The notes: generated by a model not told the origin, from the sequence alone. A stretch of DNA of 64,000 nt from Octopus sinensis (GCF_006345805.1 NC_043020.1:20770001-20834000); one strand, 5' to 3'. Positions 37,274-51,599 are shown, counted from the stretch's first letter. Numbers and translations are program-made.

Positions 37274-38544
37274 TATATATCAGTTCACACACACACATGC
37301 GTATCTGCAGACATATATACATATGCACATATTTTTGAATTGTGTAGTCAGAAGAGGAAGGGTAGCAGTGTTCATGACATTTGTCAGTGTCTTAAAGACT
37401 GTCAACAGAAATGGGGTAAGTAACTAACAAAGATGTCCCAATATAAGCCCAGATACAGTATCCTGTATCAGTTTTCATTCAGTGTTATGGGCCTCATAAA
37501 TGGGAAGATTGCAATCTTAGGCTCTTTTGGACAAATGATTAAGAAATGAATTAAGAACACACACACACACATGCAAAAACGTTCTGCATTGATAGACATA
37601 GTTTGTTTTGTTTTATTTTCTTATTGCTGGAAGTGAAAACAGGAGCTAAGTTTTTAATCTTGGTCTTAGTTTAATTTCATGCCTTTAATGTCTCTCTCCT
37701 GTTCAGCATCCTTAATAGCCATTTTCTCATATATATTATGTAGATTAGATTAGTACGAATACTCTAATGTTTTATATTAGAGCAGAACAGTACAGTTTTT
37801 CATATGTTCCTACGATGTTTATATGATAATATATGGCTTGAAACATTAATCTATAATATTATGTGGCTTAGGGTGCATTGATAATAATAATTATAGTAAA
37901 AGTTCTGAATCTTAATGTACATTATAAACAGTGTCCATCTTGCAAAAACATTATGCTTGCCCTCCTCCACCTTTTAATTACAAATGTATATGACTCTCCC
38001 TAAGTAATCATACTCATGGTCTGTGTGTAAAGGTTTCCCCCCTCTGTATCCCCCTTTTTTTTTAGTGTGTGTCTGTTAGCTTACTGCATGTCTGTATGTA
38101 CTCATGTGAACCTCATTATGTATGTTAGTGTGGATGTATATGTCTATGAGTATATATGTATATGCTAACAGGTATATGTGTATATATTTACATCTATGTT
38201 TACCCCTGTGTGGGCTGCATGTTCATGTGTGTATGGTGCAGCCTCCTGGCTTCCCAGACCCCATTCGAACTGCCCAAGCCATGCTAGCATGGAAAACGGA
38301 CGTTAAACGATGATGATGATGATGATGATGATGTATATACTTGTGTGTTTGTGTTTGTCTCCCCACCATTGCTTGACAACCGATGTTGGTGTGTTTGTGT
38401 CCCTGTAACTTAGCGGTTCGGCCAAAGAGACTGAGAGAATAAGTACTAAGCTTACAAAGAATAAGTCCTGGGGTTGATTTGTTCAACTAAAGGTGGTGCT
38501 CCAGCATGGCTGCAGTCAAATGACAAACAAATAAAAGAGTAAAA

Positions 38545-41225
38545 CAATTACATTTATCTCTGCCTATGCTCCACAGGCTGGGCTGGGTGGTGATCAGAAG
38601 GACCAATTCTACAAGGTCCTTTTGCAAACTACCTCAATAACAAATGACAGGGACTTCGTTATGGTGGCCGGCGACTTTAATGGACATGTTGGGCAGCATT
38701 CCCATGGATTCCATGGTGTGCATGGTGGTTATGGCTTTGGCATCATGAATGAGGAAGGTACAAGTCTACTTGAGATCTGTGATGCAAAAAAAAAATGAAG
38801 ACTGCGAAAGGCCCTGGACCATCGGCTATCATTGCCGAGATGATTAAAATATCAGGTAGTATGGGATACAGCCTACTCATTCACATAGTTAATCAGGTTA
38901 TTAAGGAAGATATTATCCCCAAAGACTGGTGTAGCAGTATTATAGTTAGCTGCTACAAGGGTAAAGGTAATGCCTTAGATAGAAACAATTACAGAGGTAT
39001 GAAGCTGCTGGATCAGGTCAAGAAAATTAAAAAGAGAGTTATATCTCAACTGATTTGGGATAGAATTAAACTAAATGAGATGCAGTTTGGTTTTGTTCCG
39101 GGGAGAAGTACCACAGATACCATCTTCATAGTGAGACAGTTGCAAGAAAAATATCTGGCCAAAAGTAAGCCATTGTACTTAGCCTTCGTCAACCTAGAGA
39201 AAGCTTTTGACAGGGTTCCCCGCTCTCTTATTTGATGGTCTCTAAGGAAGCTAGGAGTAGAGGAGTGGCTTATTAGAGCAGTTCAGGCTATGGTACAATG
39301 ATGCTGTCCATAGGGTGAGAGTTGGCCTTGAATACAGTGACAAATTTAACGTACAAGTTGGAGTACACCAGGGATCAGTTAATAGCTCATTTTTATTCAT
39401 CATAGTTCTCCAGGCCATGACAGATGAATTCAAAATTTGATGTCCATGGGAACTACTATATGCTGATGATCTTTCTCTTATTGCAGAATTTGAAGTAGAA
39501 TCAGAGAAGTTGTTCTGAGTTTGGAAGCAAAAACTGCAATCAAAGGGCCTTAAAGTTAACTTAACTAAAACTGAAGTTGTTGTTAGCAAGGAAGGAGATA
39601 AGACCCTCATTCCAGATAGCAAATACCCCTGTTCAATATGAAAGAAAGGAGGGGGATGTAATTCCATTTGCTGCACCAAGTATAAGCTATGGACATATGA
39701 GATGCAATGGAATTATGGGAAGGTCATCAGGTAAGGTTGCTTTCATGTGTGAAGATGCACAGGAACAGTTAGTACTAAGAGCACGAGGGACTTAAACTCT
39801 CTCAAAGAGAGAGAGCCCAGGAGGCTCTCTTGAGGAGTAAATAGTTTCTGCTATTTAGGTGACGAAATTAGTAATGGTGGTGAATACTTTGAAAGTATTG
39901 ATTTTAGAATAAGAATAGGGTGGAGCAAATTAAGAGAGCTACTACCTCTGTTGGCAGCAAAAGGACTCTCTCTCAGAGAGAAAGGCAGATTGTATGATGC
40001 TTGTATTACATGACTATGGATGGCATGCATAGGCTGGAGAGGAATGAAGGTAGCATGCTTCATTGGATTTGCAACCATAAAGTGCATGATTGGCAAAGCA
40101 CAACTGTGTTGAGAAAAAAGTTGGGCAAAAGGGATTGAATGTAGTATGCAGGAGAGGAGAATGCATGGGTTTGGATATGTGATGCATATGAGTGAAGACA
40201 GCTATAAACAGAAGTGCCTGTCACTGAAAGTGGATGGTATCTGTGGAAGACATGGATGAAGTAGTGAGGAACGATCTTAGGATGTTAGGCCTCATAGAGG
40301 ACCAAGATGTTTGGTGATATGAGGTTCTAGAGAAGCCCTATCCATGAAACTGAATGCTAGAAGAATTGTGACCCACCCACATGTAGCAACACACTTTTCA
40401 CCCATTCTACCCTAAGAAACTGAACTACAACTCCTCTTCTAACTGCATCTTTCTCTTCTTCACATTTCCTCTTCATAAATTATGATTGTTTTCTAATCCA
40501 CTTTCTTGCCCCCACTACCCTGCTCCCTACACCCACACCCTATTTTTCTAACCAGGTTCAATGCTCATATTCTTGTTATTTGTGAGTATACCCTAGCACA
40601 ACGCCATCTCCTCCTCTACTCTCTCTTACACTTTTGCTGTTTTCTACTCTCTCTCTCCTTGCTTTTCCTCTAAGTAACCAAATATCTCCTTTACATCAGC
40701 ATACTTGTTTCTGGCTTCTTTCCTGTACCTCTTTCTCACTGGGTAACCATGTATCTCCACCTATTTCTCTGTTACAGTGTAACCTTTCATCATTTAATAC
40801 TGGATCACCTCCTCTAATGCCCCCTCTGTTGTGGCAAGATGCCTGCTTGTCTCTTTGTCACACTCTAACCTTTCATCCTCTGACACAAGTTCCTCTCCTC
40901 AAATGTCTTTCCCCCTCTCATAATTTCTTGTCTTGTGAGTTACTTGGTTACCCTGCTAGTGCTGGTTTCACGTTAAAAGCTTCCAGTCCAGTAGTTAGCA
41001 TTTGGAAGGTCATTCAGCTGTAAAAATCATGCCAAAGTGAATTCCGCCAGTGCTAGTGCCATGTAAAAGGCACTGAGTCCACTCTGCAGAGTGGTTGGTG
41101 TTAGGAAGGGCATGCAGCTGTAAAATCCCTGCCAAACAGACACAGTAGCCTAGGGTAGATTTTCTATCTGGCTGGCTCCTGTCATCCTTCCTATCCATGC
41201 ATGTATGAAAGATAGATGTTAAATG
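38545..41225 (+). mobile_element. RTE LINE, long degenerate copy
   Basis: APE fragment (SAYAPQ, GDFNGHVG), RT (YKGKG..NYRGMKL, LEKAFDRVP, GVHQGS, LLYADDL), family 3' end at ~41080-41225. Confidence 0.9.
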
Positions 41226-41583
41226 ATATATAGTAATGGCTGGTTCATAGGGTTACCCAGGGTTTTCTGTACATAAAGTGCTTAGCTTTACATGTCTCAT
41301 TAGACCCTAATGGCTGGTGGCCTATAACCATTTTTTTTTTGAAGAGAGGTTAATGGCCACTGACCATTAGGATCTGACAATTTTTTCATTAACCCTGCCC
41401 CTCCATAAATCCTAAAATTTTAGCTTTCTTTCCAAATTTTTTAAAATCATAATCTTCAATTACAGAGTCTGAATCAGCAATTTGTTTCTGTTTATAATTT
41501 CAAAATAATTTTAAGGCAAAAAGATGTGATTTTAGGGAGATTTACTTGTTGTTTCTAGCACATCTCATGACCACCTTACTCTA

Positions 41584-44395
41584 TAGCTTCCCAAAGTGGG
41601 CAATTTCAACATACACGTGGGCAATGGTCGAATTTCTAGAAAATGGTGGGTGATTTGAGATTTTGGTGGGTAATATGAACATTTTGTGGGTGACAAGGAA
41701 TTTTTAGAGATTAAGTTTGCATTTACTGATATCTAGACATGCCTAGATTAAGGATGAACTTTTATTGATTTGACTACATGCATTAAAAAAGCAGATTTGT
41801 TTATTGATCGAATATTTTTATTGCAGTCATTGAGATGGTTGTCATGTGTGCTAAAAATAGCAACCAAATAGGCCTAGGCCTTAAATCACACTCCACTACC
41901 ATTTTTTTTTTTGCATAATCGTTATGAAGTCCTGCTTATAGAATTCAAATTCACAAAAATTTTCTGAAAACTCTGAAAAATAAAAAAAGTTATGAGGGGT
42001 TATATGTCGTGTATAATTCTGCAGTTTCATATCAAAACACAAGTGCTATTTTCAGATGTTGACAAAATGTGCAGTCATGCTCAAAATGACAGCTTTGAAA
42101 TTGTGTTACTTGACTGGGTGAAAATGATCAAACCTCTATAACTTTTTAAAAACATTTTTCTGGTAAAATTTGAATAACTTTTGACCTACAGATTTATAAA
42201 ATAATTTTTTGTAACTAAACACTTTCAAACTTCGGACACTGGTAGAATATGTTATATAAAATATCTTTTACTCTTAGCATTTTTGAGAAAAACTTATATT
42301 TACAAAGTTATTTCACGTCAAAGTTCTCATATTTCGGTAATTTCAAACAATCAATGACGTGTATTCAGCTGAATAAAATTACTGCTGTTGAGGTCTATAT
42401 TTCGTTTGTCACTGTTATTTATGACAACCCTAACCCTAAAACATTAATCCTAACCCCCTAACCCTAAAACCAGTACAAACGAATGAACGATGTCATAAAT
42501 AACAGTGACAAACGAAAAGAGCCAATAACTCCAGCAATTTAGCTTGGAAAGGTATATTAATGTGCGAAATTCTAAAATTTTTGATAAACTTTAATTTTTG
42601 AAATGCTGGCAGCCAGCATTTTACACAATTGGCAAAACATTACTTTGCCCAAATATCGAAGAGGTTTTGTCAATCATTATGCACGTAAAACCCGATAACA
42701 TTATGAAGAAGATCCCACTTAGTGGGATCCAATAACACATTTCTCAATGCATCGTTAAAAATGGCCAACAATGTCAAACATCAGCTCATTAATATTCTCC
42801 AGTGTTCTGAATTTTTCTATACTAGTGAATGAGTCAACTGCTGTGGACAATCAATGTTTGATGATGGTATTTCAGTGAAGACCTTCAACCTTGTGAGGAA
42901 ATGCTATTCACAGAGAAATGGCTGCTTGATTCAAAAGGTGCAACTATTTTTCACACTCTCAAGTCTTTCCTTTTTGAACATAATATCCCACTCAGTAATA
43001 TTCTTGCCTGTGTGTCTGATGGAGTCCCTTCAATGATAGGAAGATACAGAAATTTTTCATCTCTCCTATAGCGTGAAATTTCCCACCAGATACTAACTGT
43101 TCATTGCTTAGCACCCCAGCAGCATTTAGTGGCCAAATATATGAACAGTAGATTGAATGATGCGTACAGTTAGTTATCAAGACTCTGAACAAACTGAAAT
43201 CCAGTCATTTGTCTGATCAAATTTTCCATCAACTCTGTCTGAGAAATGATGAGGACCATATTAAACTTTTTATACCATATCGAAGTGCAGTGGCTGTTAA
43301 AAGGAAACTGTGTTTTACGCTTTGTTGAACTGTTTCATATAATCTTATCTTTCTTTGAAGCTACTCCGCAATCCACTTCATTGATGGCTGCAAGGTGCGA
43401 TATCTTCACAAAATTAAATGGTTTGAATAAGTTATTGTAAGGAAACAGAAAAACTCCCGTTGATTGTAAATCATCTATCACTAACTTTATTTCAAAATTG
43501 GTGCTATATAAGACTAACATTTCAAAATGTCAATTGCATCAATTTCCACAACTTGATTCTTTGAAAGATGGATTGGTTGGTAAGGATTTAACTACATACC
43601 GCAAATATTTACAATCATTGCATGATGGTTTGGTGGAGTGATTTCAAGATGTTATTGCACTGAATATTCCAAATTGGTATAGCAATCTGTTTGAGGTCGA
43701 TGCACTTAATTGCAAGGACGAAGCTCATGAGGAATTGATAGAATTACAAAATGACAATGACAGCACATTGCGATATTGCTGTTATGACAAAGAAGGTTTG
43801 TGGTACCATCAAAGTATATTGAATTCCTACACTAATCTGTGGAAACGTCTGAAATTACTTTTGGTTGCCTTCCGTTCCTCGTACCGGGTTGAATTTGGCT
43901 TTAACCATTTGGAACTTTATTTTCCCATAAAAGAATTGGACTGAATGTGACACAAGGAGACTTGTGGCTAAAGTTGACAAGTTTGAAACCGAACGTATCT
44001 GCACTAGCTGCATTGCACCATAATACAATCATTATTTTTGCATCGGTAGTTCTGATCAATCATTCATTTGGTTAAAATGAAAATCAGTGTAAAAGGAAGC
44101 GCAAGTTTACCGAAGTTAATCTGTCTGCATAATATAGAGTTAACATTAGAATTTTATTTACACTAATGGCAAAACTAAACCTACAATAAGGGATTTGTAA
44201 GCAACCGCATATTTAGTCCAAACAGCACTAATAGGGCAACAAGTCTACGATATAGTGTGTGTCATATGATACGGGGGAGGGGATTTTGTGTTGGGTTGTT
44301 GTGTCAGGGTTTTTTTTCACACAGGTGGGTGATGGAGCATTTTTTGGCCAATAAGTGGGTGATATTGCAATTTGGCGCAAAGTTTAGGAAACACT
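41584..44395 (+). mobile_element. hAT (Buster/SCAND3-like) transposon remnant
   Basis: LVNESTAVDNQC, LYHIEVQWL, LLLVAFRSSYRVEFGF; Buster-like terminus AAAGTTTAGGAAACACTA at ~44395; boundaries approximate. Confidence 0.7.
42400..42517. repeat. 27-bp perfect inverted repeat enclosing telomere-like CCCTAA units
   Basis: TTTCGTTTGTCACTGTTATTTATGACA / TGTCATAAATAACAGTGACAAACGAAA around AACCCTAACCCTAA..CCTAACCCCTAACCCTAA. Confidence 0.9.
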
Positions 44396-46085
44396 ACCTT
44401 ACTCATTTCCTTGTCACTCTGATATGTTGCTATAATGTGGATCCTTGTCCACTTGTATGTTGTCATCGGCACTGTAATATTCTTGTCACCACTAATATGT
44501 TATATTGGTATTCCACGTCTTAATATCTTTAGCTCAACAATTGTGCTATTGGTGTTAGCTCCACAAGACAATGACTTTGAAATGTCTACCTTGACAGTAA
44601 CTCAAACTTGTATATATCATGTAACTAACCCTAACTTCAACTGAGAACTTGTACAACGACTCTACTACTACTACTGACCTCCAACAACAACTGACTGTCT
44701 GATATTTTAGTGGGACTATATGACTGTCACATGGGAAGGAGTGTACCATTTTCATTACAACACATGTATTGATGTTTTTTCAATATTTTTCTCCCCCATA
44801 AACACATTTTCTGGAATGATGATGTGGTGGTAATTTAAATTTTTAATCCCCTACCCTGCATCAAGTGAATCTGTGTGTGTGTGTGTAAGAAAAAACATAT
44901 TTACTAATAGAAAAGTATGCTATAAAAATAAATTATCATTTACACATCTTTTTTAAATCACTTTGTCACCCTAATGAAATTCCTTACACACATTCATACA
45001 CATATTGACAAACACACACTCACTCAGTGTGAGTGATATACCTTTTTAGAGATTGAGAGAGAAAGAGAAATGTATAGTGAGGTGGAAAGTTTAAGTGAAA
45101 AATGAAAAAGAAAGAGATAATTTCTGTTGCTGTCTCATTAAAATTAAGTAAAAATTTTCAAATTTTGTATATTGAAGTACTTCTTCACACTGAATCTAAG
45201 TTTGTGATTCATTTATTTCAGAAAAATGTTACAATGGTTTAAGTTTGATCAGAAAACAGGATTTGTGCAGACAAAATGAAAGTTATGTGTGATACATAAA
45301 CAAAGAGAGTCAGTGTCAAAGAGTATGGTAAATTGATACAGAGGGATACATTGGTGGTGAAAGATAGAGAGTGGGAGAGTTGTTGATCTAAAAGTTGTTA
45401 TTTCTTGCAGCAAATTATATTTTTTTAATTATTTATGGATGATCTTTTCTTTAGGACATAGATTTTGAAAATCAAATTTGTTTTTCTTGAAGATGCCCCA
45501 TTTCAGAGCCTTTCTGGGCTAAACCCACACACTTACATCATCATTTAACATCTGTCTTCCATGTTGGCACAGGATGGAGAGTTTGAAAGAAGCTGGCAAG
45601 CCAGACAGCTGCACCAGGGTCCATCGGCTGCTTTAGCATGACTTCTTCTGGCTAAATGCTGTTCTTAATGCCAACCACTTTACAGAATGTACTGGGTACT
45701 TTTTATGTGGTGTCAACACTGGTGCTTTTTACATGGCACTGACACCAACAGGGGTTACCAAGTACTAGCAAGATGAAGACTTCTCAGCTGGGCAATGGAA
45801 TGGAACCACAGGAGAGGACAGTATAATAAAAGGATAGAGAATAGATGTCTTACTGCAGAGGAGATTCTTGGTTACCCCAATATATAAACCAGGATTTGAG
45901 TAAATCAAGCACTTAAATGATAAGGCACTAGGTCAGGTTGGAAAATAAAATGTGTACACAACAAAAATAGAGTCTCTAATAGTGTAATGTCTCCATTAAT
46001 CAATTAAAAATTCGTTAGAAACAGCTGTAGTGGATTGACCCATTATCCATCTGTTGTTATTTATATATATACATGTGTTTGTATA

Positions 46086-46121
<36 letters not shown>

Positions 46122-46420
46122 CATACACACATGTCACTTTATATCAATTTATGAGGGTTCTACAATTTCTTGTTGAAAAATCTGCACACACAATTTGTTT
46201 ATAGTGATGAAATGCTTATGTTGTACATTAGCTCACTTTCCCCATTAAATTGACATTGCGTGTACAAGTGCATAGTGTGCCACATGACAGATGTTGAAGT
46301 GATCACAGAGCAATGTGAGATAAAGTGCTTTGCTGAAGAACTCAATGTACTGCTCAGTCTGGGAATAGAAATCACAATTTTGCAATAGTTTAAATACATA
46401 TATATATATATATATATATA

Positions 46421-47822
46421 CTAGCATTATGACCCGTCGTTGCAGGTCATAGTGCTAGTGTATGTATATATGTGTACATATTACATGTACATCTATACAT
46501 ATACATCTACACATAAAATACAAAGTTATATCTTGATATCGCTAGTGATAACAATACTCAAAATATATAACAGACTGGAATTGTAGGCCCATCTCTTGCA
46601 ATTTCGATCAATTGTATCTTGTCCTCCCTCTTGTATAGAAGTGTGGCTACAATCCAGCCTACCTCTACTTCTGGGGGGACATTTTTAATTTTAATCCGGG
46701 ACGTCCTACGTCCCAGATATAAAGGTAAACGTAAAATATTTCCACTATGCAAGGTTCAAGTCGAGTACTCCCTTGCATGCTCCGTTGACTGGAACCTTGC
46801 TTCTATTGTGGCGAATTTACTGCCTCTGGTTAGATATCTTTCATAGTCGCACCAAGACACTTTTCGATGGTGCTTTCCTCCAGGTGTTCAAATCTTCTTT
46901 TTTCTCTACATTGTATACTTTATAGACAATAGTCTTTTCTTTAATTTAATTTTTTATTTCGTTTGGTGGTGTTATCCTAGATTCACCGTCTTTGTCAGTG
47001 ATCAATCCGAAATAGGTTTGTATTTCTTCCATTTTAATTTTAATGAGTTCGCGCCTGCCAACGGCTGCAGCGAAATTCATTTTTGGACTTTCTTCTATCG
47101 AAGGCATTCTAACAAAAATGCTTCCGTGTAAACGGTGAAAATATTGTCAATTTCCCTAATCAGGGACACAATTCAATTTTTAAACAATAACCAAAGGGGG
47201 AGGGTTACAGTTTACAATTATTTAACAAATGCAACACAACAACGTTTCCCTTACGAGGAACCAACAAACGTGATAACAATAGTTAAACAGTAATAATAAT
47301 AACAAACCTTACGGTGAATCGAAAAGCAGTACGCAGTTGAAGCTATAGTCCTTTATGTATAAGAAATAAACCAACAGCAGTACTCAGTAGAAGCAGATGT
47401 TCGAGAAAACAGACATTACATACAGCCAAACTTCATATAGATACTTAATGCTAGCTAATTAGCAGATAATCTAATGTAAAAGCTGTAGTAAACGGTATGT
47501 GCACACCTCCATCTGGATTATTCCATTTCTGCATGCTAATTTTATTCTTAATTTATTCCCATTCATGTGAAACCACTTTTTCAAGTTCCAAGTCATTGAG
47601 AAATGTTTTTGTTTCACTTTTAACACGTAATACTGAAATAGTGGAGAAGATATGATATTGCTATGGGCTCGCCCTAGGCAAAAATTTTTTTTATTTCTTC
47701 GCCGATGACACTTCCCGGACCCTAAGTAAGGCATGTGTAAAATTTGAATAAAATTGGTTGTGTAGTTCTCAAGTTTTAGGGAAACACACAGACAGACACA
47801 CATTCTCAGTTTTATATATAGA
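46421..47822 (-). mobile_element. non-autonomous Helitron (family H1)
   Basis: Same termini as 3106-4708; best-preserved ORF1 fragment (PLYLGRRTSRIKIKNVPPEV). Confidence 0.85.
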
Positions 47823-47835
47823 GAGATATATATAT

Positions 47836-49645
47836 GGCAAATGAAAGATGGAAGATGGAATATACGAGAATTTATTAATCATGACAAATGTTTCGACACA
47901 TTTAGCATCGATTCCTCATGGGTGGGACACTCAACAACTGGTTCAGGGGCATCTGGAGGTGCAGATGTATCTCATCCGGTGATAGATAGACACAACTTGT
48001 GAAAATAATAGTTCCGCAATGTAACTTCTTGTTTTGTAGAAAGAAAAGCAGCCAGACTGAGGAAATATCTTCATTTGCATAGAAAATCAAAAGTTAAATC
48101 ACAGATGGAAAAAAGAGAAATGAACATGCAATACAGAGATAAAAGTATTAAAAATAACTGTTAACAAATATGGATGTATAAATGCCCACAGGCAAGCTGC
48201 ATGGTGCGAGTACAATTCGCTCATACAAGCATGTGCAAAAATGTGAGCATACGCACACGTGAGGTTTGGTGCATCATGATCACAAAGCAAGTTAACTATC
48301 TACTTGGTGTTTGTAAGAAGGGGGAAGTTAAAAGTAAACTTAAGCCATTTACACCTTAAAGTAAATAAATTTTAACAGTGACTCAAAATTCATTCCCACT
48401 GCATTGTGCGAATGTACATTTATATCTGTGTAGGCATCTCGAGAGTCTTTCAGAAATTCTATTAATGATCTTCTCATAGAAGACAGGGATTCCTCAGAGC
48501 AGAGATAGCATCTCCTGGAAATTATATTGCATGGTTTCACATGCCTTACTCTGAATCATGTTATGCTGTACTTCATTTTATCTTCCTTCAGTTGCCGTAC
48601 AAAATCAGCCAAAGATGTTAAATGTCTCTTATTGATTGTCTTAAAGCTGGCGACATGGTTATGATAATGATTCTTAAATGAATCAGCCATCTGCCCAATG
48701 TAAACATACGACCCCCCTCTTGTGAGCATGGTACATTTTTATACAAGACTTGTACTCATACAGTGATTCATCAATGGACATTTTGATTTTTCTCTGCATA
48801 AGCATTTATCATATTTATTTGTATATAAGGCAGTCCCAACTCCATTTACCGACATTGTTACCATGTTAGCTGTATCATAAGTATTTCTATTATTATGATT
48901 TGGCAGTAATTGGTGTTCGTCATTGTGGTTTACACCTCCTTGGTTAGTATTTAGATACGTATGTTTGTTAGATCCAGTAGGTGGGTTATTGAACCTTTGT
49001 TGCATTTTGGTATTGTTTATGCGATGCATAAGCTGCTCTAAATTAGCAAAGTTGTTTTTGGATACCTTCATGGTGTGCTGATTAAAGATATGATACCGAT
49101 TAGATTTAGGAAAACATTTGTCCAAAGCAGCAAAAAATTTTCCAGCGATCTTGATTGAAACATGCGAATCGAAAATCTGGTTGAACCAAAGTATATCCTG
49201 ATTCCTTTATCTGTTGTTAGGCTTATTTAATCAAGTGTATCGTACAGGATTGGAACAAGCAGTTGGATTATTATGTAGTTCATCAACATGACCAATTCTT
49301 CCTGGCCTGTATTCTCTATGTGAGTGAGTTCTCAAACTGTGATGTTGTGCAATGTGTATTACAATTGGAGGAATTACCAGTGTTATGTATATCTGCTTCT
49401 TGTATTTATTGAATTTTTTCAGATACCCAGCCCCAGCTAGAGCAGCATTATAATAAGTTGCACGTGATGCAAAAATTTTATAATTAGTGGACAATCTAGA
49501 AATTCTTGTAGAAATATTCTTAATTAAACCCTGTATTACTGAGGGTGGATGGTTGGATGCTACGATAATGTACTTAATATGATCATTTTGCTTATAATGA
49601 TCTAGTATCATAATAATGATCCAGGTTCAAATAATCCAGTATCAA
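47836..49645 (-). mobile_element. Penelope-like element, 5'-truncated (RT thumb, Cys linker, GIY-YIG, terminal repeat)
   Basis: YIIVASNHPPSV..ISTRISRLS..YNAAL..AGY; ILWFNQ; CLCREKSKCPLMNHC; YVYIGQM; RCYLCSEE. Confidence 0.88.
47878..47983 (-). ncRNA. degenerate hammerhead ribozyme in the PLE terminal repeat
   Basis: Minus strand: ATCAC-CGGATGA-GATACAT..ATGTGTC-GAAA-CATTTG-TC-ATGAT; U4G change in core. Confidence 0.7.
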
Positions 49646-50275
49646 GACAGGGTGTGGTATTTTTTCACACAGCTATCCTCATCCATTCTCGCCACATGAC
49701 CATACCAGCGCAGTCGTCTCTCTTGGACACCACATCTGATGCTTCTTAGGTCCAACTTTTCTCTCAAGGTACTTACACTCTGTCGAGTATGCACACTGAC
49801 ATTACACATCCATCAGATCATACTGGCTTCATTCCTTGCGAGCTTACATATGTCCTCAGCAGTCACGGCACATGTTTCACTGCCATGTAGCATGGCTGTT
49901 CATACACATGCGTCATACAGTCTACCTTTTATTCTGAGCGAGAGGCCCTTTGTCACCAGCAGAGGTAGGAGCTCTCTGAACTTTGGCCAGGCTATTCTTA
50001 TTCTAGTAGCTACACTTTCAGCGCACCCTCCTCCACTACTGACTTGAAGCTATCAACTACTTCTAGTTTTTCTCCCTGGAATGTGGCAGAAGTTGTTCTC
50101 TGCACATTTTCAGTGTTTATTGCTCCCGAGCATCTGCCACATACAAAAACTATCTTCCCAGTTAGCCTTCCTTTGATATTGCTGCACCTCTTATGTGTCC
50201 ATAGCTTACACTGGGTACATTTTATAGAGTTTCTACCTATGCCTTTTCTACAGATTGAGCAGGGCCATCTACCTG
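49645..50275 (-). mobile_element. RTE LINE fragment containing a PHD finger
   Basis: SGRWPCSICRKG..CTQCKLWTHKRC..CGRC..GEKLEVVDSF, then RIAWPKFRELLPLL; same family as 11590-13050. Confidence 0.9.
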
Positions 50276-50284
50276 ATATATATA

Positions 50285-50588
50285 TATCACCGTGACTGAC
50301 CAGGCTATCAGATGTTGCTACAGATCGCTGGTCACAATGCGCTTCGCATTGTTTTAGCCTTGAAATGATGCCGCCCCGCTGGCTAAGCGAGCAGGCCAAC
50401 AGACGAAAGAGTGAGAGAAAGTTGCGGCGAAAGAGTACAGCAGATATTGCCACTACCTCCTGTTGGAGCCAGTGGAGCTTTAGGTGTTTTTGCTCAATAA
50501 ACACTCACAACGCCCGGTCTGGGAATCGAAACTACGATCCTACAACCGCGAGTCTGCTGCCCTAACCACTGGGCCATTGCGCCTCCAT
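50285..50588 (-). mobile_element. tRNA(Arg)-like SINE
   Basis: GGAGGCGCAATGGCCCAGTGGTTAGGGCAGCAGACTCGCGG..GTTTCGATTCCC head; well-preserved body. Confidence 0.8.
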
Positions 50589-51189
50589 GATATATATGAT
50601 GAATGATACTACATATCTTCATGCACTACATATATCTCTCCACTACCATCCCTACTCTGTGCTCCTGCAGCCTAATGTTACTTTGTTGTCTCTCTTACAT
50701 CATTCCCCTGCCACTCCTCTGTAAACTTGTATTCACCACTAGTTGCATTCCCCTTCTCCTCACCTCTCCCTCTTTGCACTTCCTACACACTCACCTGTCC
50801 AATCCTTTGTACCTCTCCACTTACATTCCCCTCCTTGTACCTTGAGGGTATACTTTGGCACCTTACCACTAATGTCTTTCTCACTGATTGAATGATCTAC
50901 AGCAAGACATCTTTTTTGTCCCTTATCAGAGTTTAACCTTTCATCACCTGGTACAAATCCACCTCCAATGCCAGTCATCATCTTAGTTGAGGGGTTTTCA
51001 TCTTGCAAGTTACTTGGTGACTTCACTGGTGCTGGTGCCACATAGACAGCATCCAGTACACTCTGTAAAGTGCATTAGAAGGGCATCCACCCATACAAAC
51101 CAAGCCAAAGCTGACCGTAGAGTTTGACACAATCCTGTGAAACCGTCCATCCCATGCCAGCATTGAAATTGGATGTTAAATGATGATGA

Positions 51190-51345
51190 TGAAAACAGGT
51201 GGTGAAGACAACAAACAGATGTAATAGTATAACACTCAGGAAGTGAAAAAGTCTTTAACGTTTCGAGCCTATGCTCTTCCACAGAAAGGAACACAGAAAG
51301 AAACAAGGAGAGAAAATAAAGAATGTGTAGAGGCTAGCGATCTAA
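51190..51345 (-). mobile_element. PLE-like terminal fragment with variant minimal hammerhead (51252-51289)
   Basis: Minus strand: CTTT-CTGTGGA-A-GAGC-ATAG-GCTC-GAAA-CG-TT-AAAG; homologous to 13547-13745. Confidence 0.6.
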
Positions 51346-51351
51346 TATATC

Positions 51352-51412
<61 letters not shown>

Positions 51413-51599
51413 CACTTACATACATGCACACACATAGAGTCTGTCATTGTTGGATCACATTTATTGCCACCTTTCTCCCATAGGTTTTGCAATAGGCAAT
51501 CTTTTGTTTTTGTAGCTATTCCTGTTTTACAGGAATGGGTTGCTGGTTCAATGTCTAACCTTCCTCTTTTTCCTGGGCTTGAGAACTCTTTTAAGAAAC

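Noticed and set aside
50500-50588. Possible tRNA-Arg gene
   Set aside because: Imperfect cloverleaf continuing into a SINE body; treated as a SINE head
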